A DNA stretch of 9,085 nt from the NCBI GenBank assembly GCA_964586355.1, contig CAZPGO010000027.1, positions 1 to 9,085 of the forward strand, in the 5' to 3' direction. Every line of letters begins with the position of its first letter. Positions within the stretch are counted from its first letter, which is position 1. This DNA comes from an uncultured archaeon (GTDB lineage Archaea; Iainarchaeota; Iainarchaeia; Iainarchaeales; CSSED10-239). The notes beneath the pieces are model-generated. The model worked only from the letters and a program-made list of their open reading frames with translations, was not told the DNA's origin and searched no databases. Made by a program: the position numbers and the translations under genes. This document shows, piece after piece, positions 1 through 3,944 of the stretch.

Positions 1-74
<74 letters not shown>

Positions 75-96
75 ATATACATCTTATTAAACTAAC

Positions 97-106
97 ATAT
101 TAAAAA
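97..106 (-). promoter_or_regulatory. Candidate archaeal TATA box for tRNA-Thr
   Basis: The minus strand reads TTTTTAATAT at -32..-23 from the mature 5' end. This is the same offset as the TTATAAAATA box upstream of tRNA-His. Information content is low in AT-rich DNA; the positional match between the two tRNAs is the only real support. Confidence 0.3.
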
Positions 107-120
107 GATTTGTAAATATT

Positions 121-137
121 AAAAAAAAAATAAAAAA
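121..137 (-). terminator. Oligo-T tract downstream of the GNAT gene
   Basis: On the minus strand, the TAG stop (143..141) is followed by ATCTTTTTTATTTTTTTTTT. T-runs of 6 and 10 fit archaeal oligo-T termination. Confidence 0.35.
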
Positions 138-140
138 GAT

Positions 141-734
141 CTACCCTTTCAATAACTTTTCTTTTAGATCTTTATATTTGAATTCTTCTTTTAACATCTC
201 ATAATAACATTCATCAATAAATTTATTATTTAAAAAAAGATGCTTTCTATAAAGACCTTGCCTAACAAAACCAAGCTTCTCTAAATGTTTAAAACTTCTT
301 GGGTTAAATGAAAATACTTTTGAATAAATTTTTCTTAGTTTTAGTTTGTCAAAAGCAAATTTGTACATCTCAATTTTTGCTTCATGAATTAATCCAGATC
401 CCCAAAAAGGTTTTCCAATCCAAGATCCACTTTCACAGTTTTTGTTTTTTAGATCTATTTTCGTTAATGATACATTACCAATTACTTCTTTTAATTCTTT
501 GTGATAAATACCAAAATCTAAAGTAAATAATAATCTTTTTTTATTAGCTTTTGAGATCTTTATAAATTTATAACCGTCTTCTAAGGAATATGGATAAGGT
601 ATATTCATAGTATTATCAGAAATTGCTTTTTCTTGAAGATATTTAGTAATTGAAACTGCGTCTGATTTTTTTAATGGTCTTAAGATTAAATGTTTTGTTT
701 CTATTTTTATATTATTATAATTTATGTTACCCAT
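141..734 (-). CDS. GNAT family N-acetyltransferase, RimJ/RimL-like (Acetyltransf_3 type)
   Basis: 197-aa ORF with an ATG start. The N-terminal 'TKHLILRPLKKSDAVSITKYL' is the typical RimJ/RimL opening. The core 'GNVSL...SGSWIGKPFWGSGLIHEAKIEMYKFAFDKLKLRKIYSKVFSFNPRSFKHLEKLGFVRQG' matches GNAT motif A and the acetyl-CoA binding region. Confidence 0.85.
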   Translation of the reverse strand: MGNINYNNIKIETKHLILRPLKKSDAVSITKYLQEKAISDNTMNIPYPYSLEDGYKFIKISKANKKRLLFTLDFGIYHKELKEVIGNVSLTKIDLKNKNCESGSWIGKPFWGSGLIHEAKIEMYKFAFDKLKLRKIYSKVFSFNPRSFKHLEKLGFVRQGLYRKHLFLNNKFIDECYYEMLKEEFKYKDLKEKLLKG

Positions 735-769
735 ATTAAAAATAAGAAAAAAATATATTAAAAACAGAT

Positions 770-1018
770 CTATTTTCTTTTAAAAAAGGATTTGGTCATT
801 ACACACACCCATTTTAAATGTAATAAAAAATGAATTAGTCCAAAAACAATAAAACCAAAACCAGAAAGAACATGTGATTTTAACCAAAAGATCTTGTTTG
901 TTCCAAGAATCATAAACTGACCAGAACTAAATACCAAAATAATCCCTGAAATTGAAACAATAATAAAACAGATCAATAACAAAAGGTCTATTATATAATT
1001 TATTTTTATTTTATTCAT
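770..1018 (-). CDS. Small membrane protein, DUF4405-like (two TM helices, His-rich second helix)
   Basis: 82-aa ORF with an ATG start. It has two hydrophobic helices (IIDLLLLICFIIVSISGIILVF and VLSGFGFIVFGLIHFLLHLKWV). The 'W..H...G......IH..LH..W' pattern recalls DUF4405. Its stop is followed on the minus strand by ATCTGTTTTT. Its first 62 nt lie inside a 64-bp direct repeat. Confidence 0.65.
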   Translation of the reverse strand: MNKIKINYIIDLLLLICFIIVSISGIILVFSSGQFMILGTNKIFWLKSHVLSGFGFIVFGLIHFLLHLKWVCVMTKSFFKRK

Positions 1019-1020
1019 TT
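957..1020. repeat. Direct repeat copy A (64 bp), pairs with 2403..2466
   Basis: acaataataaaacagatcaataacaaaaggtctattatataatttatttttattttattcattt matches 2403..2466 at 62 of 64 positions. The offset is exactly 1446 bp. The mismatches are at 976 and 986. It covers the start codon and first 20 codons of the membrane-protein gene, plus 2 nt upstream. Confidence 0.95.
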
Positions 1021-1043
1021 TTATCGCTTATTTAAAATTAAAA

Positions 1044-2108
1044 TTAATATTTATTTAAAATTTTCTCTAAATATTCTAAAAATACTTTAGTATCTAAAAA
1101 ATAATTAGGATATGCTTTTTTAAGATCGTGCAGATTGTCTGCACTAACTAATACAACATCATATTGGTTTCTATTATATATTCTTTTTTCGGCATTAGAA
1201 TAAGCTTGAATTGCTTCTTTTTCTTGTTTTTTTGTAAATGCAGAAATATTTAGTCTTTCAAGAACAGTATCTAGTTCCAAAAGATAAAAGTGTATGTTTT
1301 TTTTCTTTTTAAAATCATCAAAGTATTTAATTGACTGCATCCACTGTTTCATTTTTTGCCTTACTTGTAATTCTTTTTCCTTTTCTTTAATTTGTAAATA
1401 AAGTTCTTTTTCATTTTGAGGTGTTTGAGAAACAATAGGAAAGTGTTCCATTCTTGCAAATGCTGAGCTTACTAATTTAAAGAATATTTTCCATTTTTCT
1501 TCTCCTTGATTAGATTTTATTGCTTGTTTTGTAAAAAAATCAACGGTTTCTACTGCTGTTGCCCAAGTGTGCTGTAATTTAGATCTTATCTGCACTTCTA
1601 TTAATAATCCATTATATTTTTTTCCTTTATCACTTTTATATTTATACACTAAATGTATACTCCTATACCCATCTAACTTAGGACTTGCAATATAGTCTTT
1701 TACATTTACTTTTTTGTGTTTAAGGTCTCCATTACGGTAATATTTATCATATAACTCTCTTACTTGCTTTATATTTGATACTATTACTCTACAACCCGCA
1801 ATATCTTGCATCTGCGTTAATTTCATTGTTGGATTGTTATCATTATATTTCCTTTTTAATTTTTTAAGAATTGATGAGACTCTCTTTAATCTCTGTGCAG
1901 ATAGTGCATTTGTATCTACTTTTTCAGAAACATTTTTTAATCTTTTTTTAAAAACTTGCAAAGGAAAACTGTGTTTTGCTTTCCAACTACTCACAATCTC
2001 TAAGGCATTATTTATTTCTGCAGCAGAGTGTGATTTATCATCAGATAGAATTATAGCAGCATTGTTTATCTTTGATTTAGACAGTTCTGTAATCTCTAGC
2101 TGTGCCAT
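1044..2108 (-). CDS. CapRel-like fused toxSAS (RelA/SpoT-domain pyrophosphokinase with C-terminal regulatory/antitoxin-like domain)
   Basis: RelA/SpoT synthetase core: 'LTQMQDIAGCRVIV', 'DYIASPKLDGYRSIHLVYKY', 'LLIEVQIRSKLQHTWATAVETVDFF'. The N-terminal 'ALEIVSSWKAKHSFPLQVF...ALSAQRLKRVSSILKKLKR' and the C-terminal 'VVLVSADNLHDLKKAYPNYFLDTKVFLEYL' match my recollection of the single-chain CapRel/toxSAS family. The tracked ORF extends to 2153 but begins there with GTG. I place the start at the ATG at 2108..2106 (MAQLEITEL...), which lies 26-27 nt downstream of a TTTAAAAT box. Confidence 0.8.
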   Translation of the reverse strand: MAQLEITELSKSKINNAAIILSDDKSHSAAEINNALEIVSSWKAKHSFPLQVFKKRLKNVSEKVDTNALSAQRLKRVSSILKKLKRKYNDNNPTMKLTQMQDIAGCRVIVSNIKQVRELYDKYYRNGDLKHKKVNVKDYIASPKLDGYRSIHLVYKYKSDKGKKYNGLLIEVQIRSKLQHTWATAVETVDFFTKQAIKSNQGEEKWKIFFKLVSSAFARMEHFPIVSQTPQNEKELYLQIKEKEKELQVRQKMKQWMQSIKYFDDFKKKKNIHFYLLELDTVLERLNISAFTKKQEKEAIQAYSNAEKRIYNRNQYDVVLVSADNLHDLKKAYPNYFLDTKVFLEYLEKILNKY

Positions 2109-2130
2109 AATATTATATTGGAGCAAAACT

Positions 2131-2138
2131 ATTTTAAA
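2131..2138 (-). promoter_or_regulatory. Candidate TATA box giving a leaderless CapRel-like mRNA
   Basis: The minus strand reads CTTTAAAATAG, with the box centre about 26-27 nt upstream of the ATG at 2108. A second box, AGAAATTATAAAAAA, lies at 2156..2170. Low specificity in AT-rich DNA. Confidence 0.3.
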
Positions 2139-2178
2139 GACAGCATATTGCACGGTTTTTTATAATTTCTAGTATCAC

Positions 2179-2352
2179 TTTGCGCGGAAAAAATCTAAAC
2201 ATAAATTCATCTGTAAAACCTTTATTTAATTAGGTTTAAAGCAAATATTTATGTTTTAATTAATATTGCTTTAAAAAAATAGGTCGTTTTGCGCGGTAAC
2301 CACAAAAATAAAAGGTTAATTTGCGCGGAAGGATTTAACAACCTAAAAATAA
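2179..2352 (+). repeat. Three same-orientation copies of a GC-cored intergenic element (core TTTGCGCGG at 2179, 2288, 2320)
   Basis: Exact 9-mer TTTGCGCGG at 2179..2187, 2288..2296 and 2320..2328. Each copy is followed within 10-25 nt by an A-rich tail: CTAAACATAAAT, ACAAAAATAAAAG and CTAAAAATAAAG. A fourth, diverged copy is at 3186..3220. Confidence 0.7.
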
Positions 2353-2371
2353 AGATCATTCTAATTTTATT

Positions 2372-2464
2372 TTACCAAAAAAACTTGTTTTTATTGGATT
2401 TTACAATAATAAAACAGATCAGTAACAAAAGATCTATTATATAATTTATTTTTATTTTATTCAT
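2372..2464 (-). pseudogene. Duplicated 5' fragment of the DUF4405-like gene (30 codons)
   Basis: The minus-strand translation is MNKIKINYIIDLLLLICFIIV-KSNKNKFFW*. The first 21 residues are identical to the start of the 770..1018 protein; the sequence then diverges to a stop. Its ATG overlaps the RelE-like stop as ATGA and is preceded by AAGGACAATAA. Confidence 0.6.
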
Positions 2465-2466
2465 TT
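2403..2466. repeat. Direct repeat copy B (64 bp), pairs with 957..1020
   Basis: acaataataaaacagatcagtaacaaaagatctattatataatttatttttattttattcattt. It is 62/64 identical to copy A. Similarity ends abruptly on both sides. Confidence 0.95.
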
Positions 2467-2856
2467 ATTGTCCTTTTTTTTAAAATCACTACTATTTTTT
2501 TCAATAGTTTTTATTTTTTCATAAAATATTTTTTGTTTACTAGATTTAACCAAACTATTAAATCTATTTATATTTTCAAAATCATAATTAGATATTAAAT
2601 TATAAACATTTTTTCTATGACAAATTTTTATAATTATAATCTTTTTTTCTTTCTCTTTAATTAAATAAATAATTCTATAATCTCCAATATGTAAAGATCT
2701 TATATTTTTTAAAATATTACTCAATGGTTTACCTAATTCAATATTACTATCTAGTTCTTTTAATTTTTTTAATATTTGTAAAATTATTGAGTGATCTAAT
2801 TTATATAATTCTTTCTTTGCAGAATAAACATAGAATCTTTCATAAATCATTTTCAT
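2461..2856 (-). CDS. relE: RelE/ParE-family type II toxin with a roughly 50-aa Lys/Asn-rich C-terminal extension
   Basis: 'KKELYKLDHSIILQILKKLKEL......GKPLSNILKNIRSLHIGDYRIIYLIKEKEKKIIIIKICHRKNVY' follows the RelE/ParE pattern (G.pL.g.l.g..s.riGdYRiiY.i......i.i..i.hRk.vY). The tracked ORF begins with TTG at 2865. ATG codons at 2856 and 2850 are more plausible starts, and either overlaps the antitoxin stop (2840) by 11-17 nt. Confidence 0.8.
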   Translation of the reverse strand: MKMIYERFYVYSAKKELYKLDHSIILQILKKLKELDSNIELGKPLSNILKNIRSLHIGDYRIIYLIKEKEKKIIIIKICHRKNVYNLISNYDFENINRFNSLVKSSKQKIFYEKIKTIEKNSSDFKKKDNK

Positions 2857-3073
2857 CAATACCAAGCTCTTTAAGTATTTCTGATTCTTTTATTAGGTCT
2901 CCTTTTTTATAGGCAATCTCAGCATCTTCTGATAATTTAATAATTTCTAACATTTCTAAACAATCTATTTCTTTTTGAATAGATTTTCTAGCAACTTCAC
3001 TCCATCTAATTTCTGGATATTTTTTCATATTCTGATACATTTTTTGAGGAATTGATAAAGTTATATTTGGCAT
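2840..3073 (-). CDS. Putative antitoxin of the RelE-like toxin
   Basis: 77-aa ORF with an ATG start, immediately upstream of and overlapping the toxin gene. This is the classic antitoxin-first type II arrangement. The N-terminal 'ITLSIPQKMYQNMKKYPEIRWSEVARKSIQKEI' resembles small archaeal DNA-binding antitoxins. The C-terminus is acidic (EILKELGIDENDL). Confidence 0.7.
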   Translation of the reverse strand: MPNITLSIPQKMYQNMKKYPEIRWSEVARKSIQKEIDCLEMLEIIKLSEDAEIAYKKGDLIKESEILKELGIDENDL

Positions 3074-3143
3074 AATATATCACATAAATATTAAAATACA
3101 AAATATTTTTAAAATATGTGTTTACACAGGTTTTTCGGTATTA

Positions 3144-3168
3144 ACTGCTCTTTATTCAGCGGTTTTTT
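3144..3168 (+). other. Orphan hairpin plus U-tract (terminator-like or small RNA 3' end)
   Basis: ACTGCT (3144..3149) pairs with AGCGGT (3158..3163), forming 6 bp including one G:U. The loop is 8 nt (CTTTATTC) and the stem is followed by TTTTT. There is no plus-strand ORF upstream. It sits in a relatively GC-rich patch of the 3074..3328 spacer. Confidence 0.25.
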
Positions 3169-3185
3169 ATAAATTGAAGCATAAA

Positions 3186-3220
3186 TTTGCGCAAGGGATT
3201 TTAGATCTAAAAACAAAGGG
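3186..3220 (+). repeat. Fourth, diverged copy of the GC-cored element (TTTGCGCAAGG...)
   Basis: AATTTGCGCAAGGGATTTTAGATCTAAAAACAAAG aligns with AATTTGCGCGGAAGGATTTAACAACCTAAAAATAAAG at 2318..2354. It contains the perfect 8-bp palindrome TTGCGCAA. It lies in the divergent promoter spacer between the antitoxin gene and the 3329 ORF. Confidence 0.5.
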
Positions 3221-3328
3221 ATAAAATTTATTTTCTTTTTAACATATTAAAAACACCTAAAAAAACACAGATCTACTAAAATTAAAAACATTTAAAAAAA
3301 CTATAGATTAAAGATATAATAGAAAAAT

Positions 3329-3724
3329 ATGAATATATTAATAATCTCTCAAAAAGATTTTTTTAAAGAATTACCAATAATAAGATTTAATATAAAAAAC
3401 CACACAACTTTTTTACAAACAATGGAACTTGGTAAAACTTATAACTATATTAATAAAAACAAACTTTTCTTAGATAAAGATATAGATCTAATAAAACAAG
3501 TTGATGCTTTATTAGTATGTAATTTCAAAAAAGGAAAAGAAGAGAATCATGTTAGTACATATTGCTTAATACTTATGGCAATTGCTCATTCTTATGAAAA
3601 AAAGATCTATTTACTTTATAATCTTCCAAAGAAAAACTTTAAAGAAGAATTAGAATCACTTGAACCAATTTGTCTTCTTGGAGATATTAAGAATTTAAAA
3701 CAAACAATTAGTGCTAAATTGTAA
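3329..3724 (+). CDS. Nucleoside 2-deoxyribosyltransferase-like protein (function uncertain)
   Basis: 131-aa ORF with an ATG start, followed by TAA plus T6. 'IKQVDALLVCNFKKGKEENHVSTYCLILMAIAHSYEKKIYLLYNLPKKNFKEELESLEPICLLGDIKNL' resembles the family pattern I recall for small NDT-like proteins (I..sDallvlN......yiG.st..Em..A....K.Iyll..iP......Ei....P..L.GDl). The usual Gly-containing N-terminal loop is not evident (IIISQKDF). Confidence 0.5.
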   Translation: MNILIISQKDFFKELPIIRFNIKNHTTFLQTMELGKTYNYINKNKLFLDKDIDLIKQVDALLVCNFKKGKEENHVSTYCLILMAIAHSYEKKIYLLYNLPKKNFKEELESLEPICLLGDIKNLKQTISAKL

Positions 3725-3770
3725 TTTTTTAAAAATTATTACACCACAAAAAATAGTTTTGTCTAAAAAA
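3725..3770. terminator. Convergent oligo-T tracts (after the 3329 ORF on plus, after tRNA-His on minus)
   Basis: T6 at 3725..3730 directly follows the TAA of the plus-strand ORF. A6 at 3765..3770 is T6 on the minus strand, directly after the tRNA-His discriminator. Confidence 0.35.
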
Positions 3771-3843
3771 GGTCCGAACCGGGATTCGAACCCGGGTCCT
3801 AAGATCCACAGTCTTAGATGCTAACCACTACACAATTCGGACC
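3771..3843 (-). tRNA. tRNA-His, anticodon GUG, with genomically encoded G-1
   Basis: The reverse complement folds as G(-1) GTCCGAA TT GTGT AGTGGTTA GCAT C TAAGA CTGTGGA TCTTA GGAC CCGGG TTCGAAT CCCGG TTCGGAC C. The anticodon is GTG. The extra 5' G opposite discriminator C73 is the His identity element. No CCA is encoded (next bases are TTTTTT). Confidence 0.92.
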
Positions 3844-3865
3844 ATTAATTTAAATTATTTGTATA

Positions 3866-3875
3866 TATTTTATAA
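3866..3875 (-). promoter_or_regulatory. Candidate archaeal TATA box for tRNA-His
   Basis: The minus strand reads TTATAAAATA at -32..-23 from G-1, the same spacing as the box upstream of tRNA-Thr. Confidence 0.3.
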
Positions 3876-3944
3876 TCCAAAACATTTAAAATCTTAAATA
3901 TAATATATATTATTAGCAAAACATATAAAAAGAGTTTTTATGCC

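Noticed and set aside
308-526. 72-aa plus-strand ORF
   Set aside because: Entirely antisense to the well-supported GNAT gene. Low-complexity Leu/Phe/Ile-rich translation typical of shadow ORFs in AT-rich DNA, with no recognisable motifs.
141-734. GNAT as a TacT/AtaT-type toxin of a TA pair
   Set aside because: The N-terminal motif and length fit RimJ/RimL-type housekeeping acetyltransferases. There is no small RHH/DUF1778-like antitoxin ORF adjacent.
2109-2153. N-terminal 15-codon extension of the CapRel-like ORF (MQYAVFKIVLLQYNI)
   Set aside because: The first codon is GTG, not ATG. It lies only a few nt downstream of a TATA-like box and adds a hydrophobic peptide absent from the family as I recall it. 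The ATG at 2108 has better promoter spacing.
1834-2172. 112-aa plus-strand ORF
   Set aside because: Antisense shadow of the CapRel-like gene. Hydrophobic, low-complexity translation with no start context or homology signal.
2311-2350. tRNA 3'-fragment (att remnant) reading of the minus-strand AAATCCTTCCGCGCAAA
   Set aside because: A T-arm/acceptor fold cannot be built (the loop would be 9 nt and the stem 3 bp). It matches neither the tRNA-Thr nor the tRNA-His sequence in the window.
2179-2352. CRISPR array or type III TA RNA repeats as an explanation for the TTTGCGCGG copies
   Set aside because: Only three or four copies, with irregular spacing (109 and 32 bp). Only about 9 bp are exactly conserved, with loosely similar tails. 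There are no cas genes and no regular repeat-spacer periodicity.
2857-2865. TTG start of the RelE-like ORF
   Set aside because: ATG codons at 2856 and 2850 lie just downstream and give a conventional short overlap with the antitoxin stop. The TTG is probably just the ORF-track maximum extension.
2724-2912. 62-aa plus-strand ORF
   Set aside because: Antisense to the overlapping RelE and antitoxin genes, whose family motifs explain this DNA.
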